Positions 26,431-39,029 are shown, numbered from the whole stretch's first letter. The stretch is 62,134 nt of DNA, filler included, from Sphacelaria rigidula (GCA_964200075.2; 7 parts of 7 records of this genome joined end to end with filler, not necessarily neighbours in it), one strand, 5' to 3'. Notes: generated from the letters alone by a model not told the origin. Translations and numbers: made by a program.

Positions 26431-26574
26431 GGCGTGACGTGGGGCGACGTGTTGTATACACCTGTATTGTACCACTATGCTTCCCTGCGTTGCTACTCAT
26501 GCGAAAGACTGTCCTGAACGATTGACGAAGCCTACTATCCTTGCTACGTACAACCGTCTCTTTTCTACTTGCTA

Positions 26575-26674
26575 NNNNNNNNNNNNNNNNNNNNNNNNNN
26601 NNNNNNNNNNNNNNNNNNTTAATTAATTAANNNNNNNNNNNNNNNNNNNNNNNNNNNNNNNNNNNNNNNNNNNN
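26575..26674. other. Artificial contig-joining spacer
   Basis: N44-TTAATTAATTAA-N44. Confidence 0.98.
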
Positions 26675-27620
26675 AGAGGCAGAGAGGGGGGGTGGCGAGG
26701 TGGGGGGGTGGGGGGGGGGGCGTGGTGGCGGGGGGTGGGGGAACACACAAGACACACGGACACACAACAGTCCGATAATCAATTTTCGGTCACAAGCGTC
26801 CACCTAGTTGCTTCTTGTAAAACAACAGCCTTGCGTAGAAATCAACAAGGTGCAGCTAAGGTGCTGCTGCTTCTTCGTCAACTTCATATTTTCGTGTTCC
26901 GAAGTCTGGCCGATGCAACCAACCTCTTCCAAGAGTGAGCTGACACCGTCACAGTACTCTTATGACAAGCCGGGAGCTACATGTACAGCCGCAGCAACAA
27001 CTCCCGCTCGCAATCGACGCCCTTCCCCTTCGTCTCATACCTTACACCCTCATGTCTACTGTCGCGACGATCATGCCTGATAGCGGACACACCGAGAGTG
27101 CGTGACGTATCATCGCTTGATGTCGCCAGTATTTCAGGCCAAAAGACGGGGTCTCCCACGCCAAGAGAGTGTGAGCGACAAACACCGCACGCTTGAACTT
27201 CGATTAAGGCTTATCAATGGCAATAGGCACTGCCTAACTGCTTCCCATCATAAATTCACCCTTTACGTGTATATTCACAACAAGTAGAAAAACCCGACGG
27301 AGTATCCTCGCCATCTACCATATTTATTATTCAGTCCACCAACAACCACAAACGAGACAGATATCTATCTCTAAGCATAACTCACCTTGGAGCCCCATTG
27401 CCGATTTACGTCGACTGCGAAGGCTCCAACAGCCGATCTCGCTCACAACGCTCATACACACAAACACCTATTTAGTAGGACTTGGATGGGATAACAAGCA
27501 ACACACCCACTTTATGTAGTAAGCGACGGTGAAGGCTCGACATTACGCACCGCGGCAAAAGCTTACAGTCGCCAAAAAGGAACCACCTCGTGCTCACGGA
27601 CGTGCTCTCGAGACATAAGT

Positions 27621-28295
27621 TCAAACCGGCTCCAAATTCTCATGCCCTGCGTTCGAGAGGATAGGTCTAGAGCCATCCACGGTCCTCGAAGCGATAACCT
27701 CGTCCTGACGCAGCGTGCGCTTCTCCCCTCGTGCCTTTTGACCGTCACCACTACTGCCTACATCAAGGTTCTCATTATCAGCACCACTAACGTCGCAGCC
27801 GTAGCTGCCGCCGATCGCGGGGAACAGCACCTCGTTCCCAGCCGCGAACACGGCGTAAAATAGACCTGAAACTCCGCACAACCCACCGATCACGCCCATG
27901 GCTACCTTCCACGCGTCAACGTCATCTGCTCCCCCGAAGTTATCCAACATTGCACCCGTTATCGTGATGCCGACCACGCTCGTGATAGAGCTGACACAAT
28001 TGGCGACCGAAAACAGCATGGGGCCGTGTTCGGGTGCGCATATCTCGGCGTGGTTCGTGGACCACCCGCCTCGTGACAGGGCGAGGGAGGCGAGAACGCC
28101 CGACGTTACACAGGTACCCCCGGCGGCGGTAGTAGTGGTAGTCATGCTGAGAAATGCGACAAGAGCTCCGAACAAACCTACGCCGGTGACGATTTTGGAT
28201 GCGCTGGATTTGGAAAAGTCGCACGTGCTGATCAACCACGAATACCACACGCCTCCCAGGACTGAGAACACCAGCATTGTCAGGTACGGTGACAG
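27621..28295 (-). CDS. SLC17/ACS-family MFS anion transporter (PHT4/sialin-like), last coding exon
   Basis: Acceptor AACAG|CTG, phase 0. LSPYLTMLVFSVLGG...GGWSTNHAEICAPEHGPMLFSVANCVSSITSVVGITITG...AWKVAM matches the C-terminal TM helices of SLC17. Stop at 27621. Confidence 0.85.
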   Translation of the reverse strand: MSPYLTMLVFSVLGGVWYSWLISTCDFSKSSASKIVTGVGLFGALVAFLSMTTTTTAAGGTCVTSGVLASLALSRGGWSTNHAEICAPEHGPMLFSVANCVSSITSVVGITITGAMLDNFGGADDVDAWKVAMGVIGGLCGVSGLFYAVFAAGNEVLFPAIGGSYGCDVSGADNENLDVGSSGDGQKARGEKRTLRQDEVIASRTVDGSRPILSNAGHENLEPV

Positions 28296-28578
28296 CTGTT
28301 TTCCGTTATGTGTGTGCATCGTGGTGCACCAAAAGTTGGAGAGAAAGAGGTGATGGTGCAGATGGGAGGGAGAAGGGGCGCGGTCAGAGGTAAAGAGGGT
28401 AAATTTTTCGAGTATATTCTCGACATGTTTTTCCGAGTGGCACCTTCATCAAGTTGAATAAATGCTGAGAGCGCTATTCCTGGGGGTAGCGGGCGGCGGA
28501 TATGACGCCGACGCGGGGAGCATCATAGGTAAAGATGGTGAACATGGACGATGGCATCACGCAAAAGGAACACGTTAC

Positions 28579-30122
28579 CTGGTACACCAGGTCTAGATCC
28601 GCGAGGTCGACGCCAAGAAACGACTCAAAGTAGGTGGGCTGCCAACTCATCAAGACCGAAATGCCCGTAGAGCATCCGACGTTTCCAATCACCACCGCCC
28701 ACGCCGGCCGACTGCTCGACATCGCTCTCCACGGAAAAGAAGGCGGCTTTGATGATGACGACGAAACACTTCGTTGTCCCTGTTTGCCGGCTGAGCGAAC
28801 GGCGTGGTTGTCACCGACGTCGATATGATCCGCGAAGCAGCCACCAGCCTCGGCAGTGGCGCATCCTGCAGCGCTGATGCGGGGCTGTAAAGTGTTTTCT
28901 CCCTTCTTGAGCGCGCATGGAGCCGTGGCATTGGCGGCATTGGCACCACCGTATCCACCACCACGATGGTCAACACTAACCCCGTTTTCCGTCTCTCCTC
29001 GTCCTCGTTGTACGTGTACATCCCTCTCGCTACGCTTCTCCCCCGCGCCGGTGCAGTAAGAGTAACCGCCTCCGTCAACAGAATTTGTGACTTGTGCTGT
29101 TCCGTCGACGTAATTGCCTCGATCTTCCAGCTTCATGCTGCTCTCACCACTGTTGCTTGTGTTGACACTCTTATCGCTTACCGCCGCACCACCCCGATCG
29201 ACGACGGGGGCGCATCGGTGCGGCGTTGGAGGTAGATTCCACGTGCGATTGCCAGCCGACTGCTGGACACTGTTGAAACGCCCGGATGCTCGCAAGCCGT
29301 TGGTGGGTGAGCCCCAACTCGAGACTGGCGTGATGGTTGCCGTCGATGCGCCCCAACTGAGCCTGTTGCCCGCGTCGCCGCCACCGTCCGCCCTGCCCCC
29401 GCCACCACATCCGCTATAGGTCACCAGCGATTGGCCACCTTCAGCTACTGGCGGGAAGGTGGGAAGACAGCCTCGGCGTTGGCCATGTCCGGGCACCGAC
29501 AACTGCGAACCGGGGAAGGTGAACGGGCAGCCACAACCCCCGCAATAGTTGGCGGCGGCAACGTGTGACATCGGAGAGTATCTTCTCGGGGAGCACGACG
29601 AAGATGACGCGGAACGCAGCTGATCCTTATCCCGGGAGCACCGCTCGTAGAAGGCGAGGTTCAAGACAGAAAACTCGCCCAGGTCGGTCGCCGGGATGCC
29701 GAACGCCGACCACGAACCTTCTCTGGTGGATGTGCTGTCCTCGATGTTCGTGTTCGAGGAGAGGTCACTGTCAACATCTCCGTTTTCTCGCTCTGAATAT
29801 TCTGACGTATCACGCGAATACGTCATGCCTTGCACCCTTTTCCCTCCAGGATTTCTTGAGCCCGACGGTAATAATACCGGCAAGGCTGTCGGTGGTGGTA
29901 CTTTCGGTCTCAGCACTTTCAGGGTTACCTGTTTCCGTCGCTTCCCGCCCCGCCCTTTCCGTCCTCCACTCCGCGTTAATGACTTTACTGATGCTGATGT
30001 TGCTGGTGTCGGCGCCGATGTATCCCATGGGGCGCTCGAGCCGAACACGAACCACAGAAGCAACCACCCTACGCCAGAAGCGGAGGTGACGTAGAAGAGA
30101 GACGCGGGTGCGTACGCCGCGA
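28579..30122 (-). CDS. SLC17/ACS-family MFS transporter, 1544-bp internal exon (TM6, long loop, TM7)
   Basis: Acceptor GTGCAG|TC (phase 1) and donor CAG|GTAACG (phase 0). Reads SLFYVTSASGVGWLLLWFVFGSSAP ... FPWRAMSSSRPAWAVVIGN...LMSWQPTYFESFLGVDL with an open frame throughout. Confidence 0.85.
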
Positions 30123-30480
30123 CTGCACGAACAGGAAACAAACAGGGTTGCAAGAAGAAGGGACAAGAAAAAGAGGGGGACAGGAGTGGCAACGTGAGGG
30201 CGGCAAGAAGCTTTTTTTTTTTCCCCCGGGGAATTCAAAACGAAATCAGGAATATATACCTATAGATATGTATACACAGGTGGTTCAACTAGAAAGCCCC
30301 ATCTCGAATGTGATAATACGATATTTTCCCATCATATCTGAAGTGCGCGTAGTAGAGCCACCTCACACACACCCGTACTCAATACAGGTGTGTACTGCAC
30401 AAGGCTATCATGATCCAAGAAATACTCCAGAATACTCCTACATTATCAAAGCAGGTACCGCAGCAGCGAAGGTAACTAAC

Positions 30481-30781
30481 CGAATGCGGAAGCGAACACC
30501 ATAGCAGCAGCCGCGCCGGCGTACATGCCCGACACAGCAAACGCAAAGTGGTGACCCCGGTGCTGAGGTGGTATCCAGTGCGCGAGCACCGTATGCACGG
30601 CCGGCAAAAGCATTCCCTGGGCCAGGCCAACAGCGACCCGGCAGCTAGCCACACCCGGAACGACGGACTCGATGCTGCTAGCTGGCAGAGCCGTGAGAGC
30701 CGACGCGGGTATCCACAGCAAAAATGTCGCAGCCAGAACTATCTTTCCACCGTATTTTTTCGCCAAGAACCCGCCGGGTAT
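30481..30781 (-). CDS. SLC17/ACS-family MFS transporter, internal exon (TM3-5); upstream exons not found
   Basis: Acceptor AAACAG|ATA and donor G|GTTAGT. IPGGFLAKKYGGKIVL...CRVAVGLAQGMLLPAVHTVLAHWIPPQHRG...SGMYAG is the classic ACS signature. Phases join all three exons in frame. Confidence 0.92.
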
Positions 30782-30904
30782 CTGTTTCATTAATCGTTTA
30801 GAATTATAGGGTGGTTGAGGGGGGACGGGGGGGGGGGCAACCGAGCGAGATGCCGTCGAGTAAATGGTGAAATATGTAGCAGCGACAAGCGAAGACGATA
30901 AAAT

Positions 30905-30995
30905 GGTTGTTGATTGCCGCACTTTGACTGACTCCCCAGGGATCCAGCCGTGGTCTCATGATGGACGTACCCAAGAAAAACGAAACTGAAACACG
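30905..30995 (-). mobile_element. Retroposon (LINE/SINE) 3'-tail fragment; related copy at 32815-32912
   Basis: Both copies share CCCCAGGGATCC.GCCGTGGTC.CA.GAT.GA.GT.CCC...AAAAC.AAACTGA and end on the minus strand in AATC/AAC-type short repeats. Confidence 0.6.
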
Positions 30996-31082
30996 CTCTT
31001 AGGAAAAAAAGGATCATGAACAAAAAAAACAAAGTCGAGCAAAACGACATAGCAGACTAAGTCGTGACAAAGAAAAAACGTA

Positions 31083-32452
31083 CCACCTCTGGGCGGATTT
31101 ATAAGCAAGGTTCGGACCAAAAGCGGTCTAACTCGGGCATATGAAGGTCTTTTTCCGAACCGTTTTTTTTTGTTGTTTTTGGACCACCGCTGCGGATCGC
31201 ACAGAACCGCTTTCTTCGAGAGGTCGCACCGAAAAAGTTCATCACACTCCAGCAGAAGTTGCTCGAAATCACCACCACAACTTTGGACCACCGCCTAAAG
31301 TCTTCCCATCTGCTGGTGAGACATGTCTGCTGCTGAGAACGCCTCTCAGGGGCAAAAACGCAAGAATTTGGATGATACAGAGAGAGAAGAAGTCATTCCT
31401 ATTGACGCGCAGCATCGATGGGTTTCTGAAGTGTGGTGCGTACAAGAACACCGCGGCGGAGTTCGGCTGCCACTTCGAGACAGGTAAGAGAGTGTGGTTG
31501 AAATACGAGGAGACCGCAGCAGGTGTCGCCCATCCTAACCCGCAATCCGGACGCGAGGGGAAAAGTGGTAGGAAGGGGATCGGAATCGAACAGTTGCGCA
31601 CCCGTCTGCGTGACATCCCACTGAACGAGCGTACCACACAGCGCCGCTTGGCTGCGGCGGTCGGGGTTGCCAGGACTACGCTCCGGGATAACCTCAAGGC
31701 GCTTGGATTGAGAGCACACTCGAACCCGCCACACATAAGGAAGGTGGAGACAACACCTGCGAACTGCCACAACTAAGGAAGGACACTCGGGGACGCGCTG
31801 GGACCCCGATCCCCTGGCGATTCCCTATTTCCGAGGAGGCGTGGACGAAAGGGACGGCGGCACTCGTGGCGGCAGAGGGATAAGGGGCGGCGGCAGCGGG
31901 GCAAGGAGCGGCGGGGGGGGGGCTCGGGGCGGCGGCAGCGGGGGCGGCTGCCGTGTAGCATGGGGTTAGGGGGGCGTAGAGGCAGTGGCTGCTGCGTATG
32001 AGGCGAGTGCGGCGGGGCAAGGGGCGACTACTGCGCCGTAGAAGGTCGTATGCTGTGTAGGGGGCGGCTGCCGTGTAGAGTTGACTGATTTGGACCTGGA
32101 GGGGGCGGCTGCTGCGTCGAAGGGTTGACTGAGTTGTAGAAAATCCTTTTCGAGAGGGGACTCTTTATTTTTTTGCATCAAATGCCGTGCCCCATTCATA
32201 CGGGGTATTTCGGGTTGTGAAACCTGTGACGGCGCTTGTTTTTCCGTCACTGGGTACAAAAATGCTGGATCTCCACCGAAATGACTGACCGGAGGATTTT
32301 TACGCACAATACCCCCCCAACCTCATCGATTTTTGTTTTTTCCAATGTGGTACCTGATCGTATACAAATGTTGTTCGATGTCCCACAGTGCCCAGACGAC
32401 CCGTTTTGGGCCATATCATACCAACCTTGCTTATAAATCCGCTCAGACGCAG
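31083..32452 (+). mobile_element. Internally deleted Tc1/mariner element, plant DD39D (Soymar/Osmar/Stowaway)-like
   Basis: TA TSD at 31081-82 and 32453-54, with a 30-bp TIR C..C.TCTG.GCGGATTTATAAGCAAGGTT. The ORF segment ~31375-31725 (LLTRSIDGFLKCG...GKSGRKG...IPLNERTTQRRLAAAVGVARTTL...RAHSN) resembles the DNA-binding N-terminus. No DDD domain. Confidence 0.85.
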
Positions 32453-33359
32453 TAATAAAAAAAAAGTTAACACAAGCAAAGCACAGAAAGAAATGGCCGA
32501 CCTCGAACAAAAAAAAAGGGAAAAGAAGAGGAAAGTACAAATGACAAGCGCTGCTTTTTCTTTTTCTCTTTCTTTCTCCCGCCAGGAGACGATGCGATGT
32601 AACCGTGATAGTGGAGTGTAGTAAAACGCTCTTCAATATCTTGATTACAAGAATCGATGTGGGCCGCATATTGGGGAAAGCGATCCCTTATTGGCGGGGG
32701 CGAAGGCCGGTTGAGGGAGGAAACAGGAAACGAGAGATGACCACCGCACGTGCAAGAGATAGTACGCCGCGGTCAGCACTCCAATTGGGAAGAGATACTA
32801 TTGATTCAGGTGAGTAAGTGATTGATTTATCATCGCATTGTAACCGACCCCCCAGGGATCCCGCCGTGGTCACAGGATAGATGTCCCCGGGACAAAACAA
32901 AACTGAGCACTCGCTGAATTACAAGAGGAAAAAAAGACAATGCAGAACACATCAACAGAGTAGACTGAGGAAGAAAAATCAAGTATATCTGAACGAATTT
33001 CGAAACAGGAGTGTTCTGACCCGTATTCTTGTGTAGCTCCTAACTCTAGGAGCCCCTCAACGAGAAACATCTGGGCCCAAACGTGCAACCCCTACCGTAG
33101 CTTGACTCAGAATAAAGGTATATATATATACTCAGGTCACAATTTCGCTTCGTGTCAGAGTAGGATACACCTCGACTTATTTTTTGTGCCACGACGGGAA
33201 TTGAGCTAAGGAGATGTGCGTGCGCACCTACCTCACTTCCCCAGTCGTGTAGCTGGGATGGCCTCGTGTGTAGACTTCACACGGGGAAGCTGCGAAGAGA
33301 TTAAAGTGCATCTGCATGTACACGTACAATGCACGACTGTCAGAACACATATATGAATA

Positions 33360-33703
33360 CCCCTCCTGACAGTCCCAAAGGGGTCTGATCCAGCGACGGA
33401 AAGCGCTGGCACCCTCCCCCCTCAGATAGGATTTGTGACAATCTCAGGGTTAGTCCGGAAATAACAGATGGTTTTCTTGAAAAGCAGTCGTTCATTGTAA
33501 CGGGTATAAAGCGTTCAAGCAGGGAAATTTCGATTTTGAACAGGAAAATATGTACTACGAAACCCCTGAATACTTTTCTACATGTTTCGTTCCGAGCGAT
33601 GTTCCCCAAATACCCACACAGTTGTCACAAATCCTATCTGAGGGGGAGGGTGCTAGCGCTTTGCGTCGCTGGATCAGACCCCGTTTGGGACCATCAGGAG
33701 GGA
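33360..33703. mobile_element. Stowaway-like MITE with ~85-bp TIRs
   Basis: 33354-33441 is the near-perfect reverse complement of 33622-33709; TA|CCCCTCCTG...CAGGAGGGA|TA. Confidence 0.88.
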
Positions 33704-34704
33704 TATTCAAACTACAGCTGATGCGGGTTCTAAATTTAAAGAAACGGCTCGGATTCTACAAGCGCGTTGCACTATAGTAGTATTGTTCGACAGCCTCATC
33801 GCGAAACCGGTTCTCAACACAGCCACGGCGGAAGTGACCATACAAGGCGTGATAGCTGGTTCAGACTGGATGAAGCGCCTCGCATGGGCACTACTGGCGA
33901 AACAATCCCAAGCGTGGGAGTAACCCTTACCCGCGTTGTGTGTGTTTGCAGCTTTAATGTGGGGCATCCATTTTATCCAACTAACGACTGTACTGTAGTG
34001 GTGCTGTACACTGGTGTGCTGGTATATCTCAGTAGACTGTTGAATGATGCTGCGTTTCAAAGATCGCTGGCATCTGTCGCCGCATTGGATCGTTTTGCTG
34101 ACGGCGGTCGTCGCCGGCGCAACAGTATGAAGTCTCTCTCAGATACTCAACAAGAGGCGCTCGAAAATTCGATGACTGGTCCAAAAAAGTATGTTTTCAG
34201 CATGCTCTGTTACGTGTTCCGGAGCGCTTCGGCGCAGGTCCTGCTCAATAGATGCCGCACAATCAATAACGGCGGTTCTTCTGTTGGACTGCTCATCATC
34301 ATGCTTGCGCTGCCGTGCAGAAACTTCTGCGTTAGGGTCGAAACGGCTTGCGAATCCCGAGCCTTTTGGACTAAACAAATGAAAATTCGATGGCCAGTTG
34401 AACCTCAAAAACGAATCCAGGGTGTTACGAGTCGATTTCGAGAGAATGACGCGATTCCCGAAATTTTGACACGATGTACAGGACGTTTGTGCGAATACCC
34501 CTTCTTTCGCTGGAGGCCTTGTCTGCGTGCCACCTTAGGGACTACGCGCCCAGTGCGGCACCACGTGGCACAACTGACTGTAACCGAAAATTCAACTCCA
34601 GCCGTTTGTTTTGACTAACTCCGCCGCACGTGGTATCCACAACTCTTTAGGCTTCAGCTTCGTATGCGCGCATAAGGTTTAGCTTAATTTGGGTTTTTTG
34701 GAGA

Positions 34705-34940
34705 TTAACCTTGGAAAGCGAGAGCAGGTTATCTGTTGAATCGACATCAATTTTAATTGAAAAAAGTATGCCTAGTTCAGATGGACTACGTTCGCGGTCT
34801 AAGGGTTGACATTTCTGACAAGCTTACAACGTGCTCAACCCTTAGACCGCGAGATTAGTGTTTCTGGATCATGCATACTTTTTTTCACTTGAAATTGGTG
34901 CCGATTCAACGGAAGACTAACCTCGCGGTGTAAGGGTTAA
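34705..34940. mobile_element. Head-to-head pair of ~98-bp piggyBac-like mini-elements
   Basis: 34709-34805 and 34839-34936 are inverted homologues. The second has self-TIRs CCCTTAGACCGCG / CGCGGTGTAAGGG. Outer flanks are TTAA; inner flanks are TTGA and TCAA. Confidence 0.65.
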
Positions 34941-35464
34941 CCCATTTGGGACCGGGCCTCCAGAACGACCAATGAGGTTGGTCAGGAATGACGTGTCTGG
35001 CGTCTGCACGAAACAGTGGCGTGTTGCTGAAAATCCGCGTATGTAACTGCAGGGCTATGACGAAGGCTGAAAGTTTCATCTGGTCTATTTTCAGGTGCTG
35101 GGTGCGCATTAGGTAGTGTATATCTGATGTAGCAATCTGATGTAGCAAGCAGTATGGGTCGCGGTAGAGAGCTTCCAAAAGGATGCGGCGACCGACGGGC
35201 CGCCTGCCGCACTTGTGGCTTTGGACAATACTTTTGTCCCCATCACCTTACCACACAGCCCTCTTTGGTCGGGGTGGGCCGCCATTTATTTCCCCTTTGT
35301 TGCATGCAGCAAATTCTTTTCGAACGGGATCAGTGTTGCAGCACGCATGCATGCAACAGTATAGTACAGTACAGTGTAGTACGCCTCTCCGACTGAAGCA
35401 GCAGCTGCCGCTGCATACTCCCTTGCAGTTCCGGGAAATTCTCAGCTACCGAGATCAACTGCCT

Positions 35465-35564
35465 NNNNNNNNNNNNNNNNNNNNNNNNNNNNNNNNNNNN
35501 NNNNNNNNTTAATTAATTAANNNNNNNNNNNNNNNNNNNNNNNNNNNNNNNNNNNNNNNNNNNN
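35465..35564. other. Artificial contig-joining spacer
   Basis: N44-TTAATTAATTAA-N44. Confidence 0.98.
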
Positions 35565-36270
35565 ATGCCTTGCACGAGCAGGGGTACGTGGGGTGAGAAG
35601 TAACCCAGCTACCGCACGGGCGTGATACGAAGTAGATTAATAGTAGATGTCACAGATACTCCGTACTAGCCAAGTTGCTGCCTATTTCCTTGGGCCGCTG
35701 CCGTCAGCCAGCCCGACCCGGCCTCAGCGCTCGGGCCGAGGCCGGAGGAGCAGGGGATCAGTATGCTGTAGTATCGTATATTTGAGAATTGCGAAGAACG
35801 TTCGCGGTCCTTTCTGTTGGTTATGTAGGAATACTCTTTGTGGATAGTGCATTAGTCCGAGCATGGTATCTGTGGTGCGGGGAACAACCCGAGGTTTTTG
35901 TGGTACGTGAGGAAGTGCGTTGGTCCGAGTTCCATTGCTGGAACCATGTGGTTTCTAGAGTCTCTGGGATGCAGATGACGCGAGCTAGCCTACCTTGCTC
36001 ACTCCACTTCCCCGGTCCGTCTCTGCGGACCAAGGCCTCAATAATACAACAATACATATTTTTCTCCAGAAGTCACGAGTTTACCAACACGCTATAGCGC
36101 ATCAGTCGACTGCTGCTCCGTCCCCCTGGATTGTGCGCGAGACTATTGAGGGAGGCTTGATCAACCTGCCTCATCATGGCTGAACCGGGGAACAAGGATC
36201 CTGCGGTTGACCCAGCTGAGGGTGGATCGCAGGAAATTGATGAGAGAATTTGGAGTCATCCTACGATAGA

Positions 36271-36388
36271 GGGGCGTTCTCATGTGTTGCTTGCCCTAGT
36301 CGTCTGACCATTGACCACGCATCCCATTCGAGACGGAGCACCGTTCCTACTCCTAATAGAGACACCTCCAACATTCTGGCGCTCATTA
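36271..36388 (-). mobile_element. 3' end of oligo(C)-terminated LINE family
   Basis: Matches the family over 118 bp, with C6 immediately 5' (G at 36389-36394) and a C-run 3'. Confidence 0.88.
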
Positions 36389-39029
36389 GGGGGGTATTTG
36401 ATTGCCCGAAAAAATAGGATCGAGAGTGTGTCAGACGACCTGCCACAGTCGCGGTGCGCTTGTATTTGGTTTAGAATGGTGTCAATCGGTATGAATGAGC
36501 ATTATTCATCTATAACAAGCTCGTTGGAGCAACCGTTGCTCCTTTCAACGACGATATGCCTTGGAATTCCGTGCAAGAAGTGGCCCAAATACCCCCCCCC
36601 CCCCCTATCGTAGGATGACTCTTTGTTCCATACAGACACAGTTGTCTCAACTTACGACTCTAGTATTGTCGCTAGTTGAGCAACAGGGAGAGAAAGTGGA
36701 GTCCTCTGGCTTTGTAGCTGCCGCACCGGGAGGCAGCGGGCCAGAGACTAGTATGCATCTTTCTGCTGATGCTACTGGTAGGACCGCGGGAGGTACGGGT
36801 GGCTATGCCCAAGGCTTAGGCGTGTCCAGCATGTGGGTTGGGAGTAGCAGTCTTGCAGACTCAGGCTTGAACCCTCATGTATCTGCTTTAACCCTTTTGG
36901 AACCCTCCCCTCCTGTCCCCTGGCCAAACGCCTTATTATGAGAAGCCCTGACGAAGAGGAAAACATGGAAACAGAATAGGCCGACGGCAACCATTTTTAT
37001 AATGGAAGCCCGAAGAAGAATATCCTCCCTGGAGAATTTGGGTAAAGTTTGTCCAATCATACCACGCAACGGATGAAGTGTGTCCAATTATATCCATCGA
37101 CAATAATCAGCAAAACCACTATGAAACATTCCATTCAAAAAATAGCAATGGGCTCCAGGGTGCAACCGGGCACGTTTGTATATTAGCATTTGTAGATAAG
37201 GGAAGCATCGCTTTGACGGGCTGCAGCATCGGGTGGCGAGTTTGCCAAGCCACACCGTACATACAGCACAGTATGGCTGAACCCAGCGAAATCCCGTCAC
37301 CACATGTGGAAGGCACAGTGGGTTGTGCGGACGGTACATGGCGGGCGTAATCGCAGGCGTCCGAACAGGCGATATACATGTACACGGCAGGGAGCCGACG
37401 GACACCGCCTACCGTAATCAGGCCAGATGAAAAACACTACAGTCAGTAAATACAGTAGGTTACAGTAATGACTTGCGGCTACACTCCGTGCAAGATAAAT
37501 ATGGGCATGTCGTGAAAAGTCGGCCACGAGACTAGACGGCACGAGACGATAGCGGTAGCCGGCGTCATGAATCTCATGCAGCATGCAGTATGTCTATGCA
37601 ACGGCCGGGAACGATCAACCCGCGGTATAGATGTGGTGGAGCAACTGTGCCTTTCGCTACGCCGTTGTGTCATAGTCAGCCCGAAGTATGATGTTGTCGG
37701 CACGTACTTGGCAGAGCGCAGTTCTGTGCATGCCCCTCGTTTCACAGAGATATTTTCAAAATACAATACAGACATGACACGAAGCAGTAAGGTATCACCC
37801 CTGGGGCGACGGTACTTGGCAGACTCTACACCACAGTGACGGTGCATAACTGCAGGGCACATGGCGTCTGCGTCGCCTTTACCCATTTTTCAAAGGGCGG
37901 GGTGGTGCTGTCGGAACGTGCATGAGTGCGATGTTGTGCATGACGTGAGTCTGCAGTCGAGATTACCCCAAACTGCTGTAAACACACCCAGTACTGTATA
38001 GGGCAGTGTCGCAGCACCCCCGGCGGCACGGAAAGGTGACTGCCTGGGATTGTATACCGCCAGTTCATACATTTAGCGAATGCGCCATCGGCGTTGCCCT
38101 TGTTTCTATGACACTGCAAAGAGTATAAACTGCAGCGGGCAGGGTGTGCAGGTCAGGCGGGAAGCATGCTTCACAGAGGCCTGCCGCGCACTGTGGCCGG
38201 GGAAAGAGCTCATGAGTGTAGAAAAAGAGCCGACGGGTCGCAGCAAGAAAAGAGGAAACCTTCTCTTGTTCCACTTGTCACTCGTACGGGTCTGAAAAAT
38301 ACGCGTTTGGCCAAAATTGTTGCGTCTAAGCTGTGAACCATCAACCATATCTTGCTCAAAAACCGTCACTTGCAAATGATCAATTTTCCATTGTGAGTTC
38401 CAAAAGGATTAAATCGTTCCTCTGTTGCTGCAGTAAACTTTGGTTCGATCGGGACTGTAGGTGGGGCTTTAGGTCAGTCCTCTATTTCGCCCGCTTCTTC
38501 TCTGTCAACTATGAATGGGAAAACGTCGCCAGTGGAAACACTCTGATTCCTGAGGTTGACATTTCTGACACAGGAGAGAAGTTGGGTAGGGGTCCTTTTA
38601 AAGTTCCCAAAGCTCCTGTTTTTTCACGGCAACGACGTGTCGTATCCCTCATGGTCGCAGAACGTTCTGTTGAGTGCCCGACACAACAATCTGTATGAGG
38701 CGTTTGTTTCTGAGGCTGAGATTCCGATTGCAGACATTGATTTCGACTTACCAACATGATACTGTCGTTGAAATTTCTTACAGCCAGTAATCTAGCTGCT
38801 TGTTTCGTTCTAGGTTTTGACTGTAGCAAACTAGCGGTGCAATAGATTCCGGCTTATGAAGGGCCCCAGGAATAACCCTGGGTGCAGTATCGTTTCATGT
38901 GGATCCTTGATGATAGATATCTTCCAAGCTGAGCCGCGTAAGCTCGTAGGATACGACAGTGTGCTCCCATTGTGAGTAGCGTACTGTACTCTCGTAGGTG
39001 GAGGAGAAACTGAAGTCGCTACGCATGCG

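Noticed and set aside
28474-30192. 572-aa ORF as a stand-alone gene
   Set aside because: Both ends run into introns; the true exon is 28579-30122.
33767-34618. 283-aa ORF as a gene, or this interval as the missing transporter 5' exon
   Set aside because: No recognisable domain, it is on the wrong strand for the transporter, and no TM1-2 / GY..Q exon was found between 30785 and 35464.
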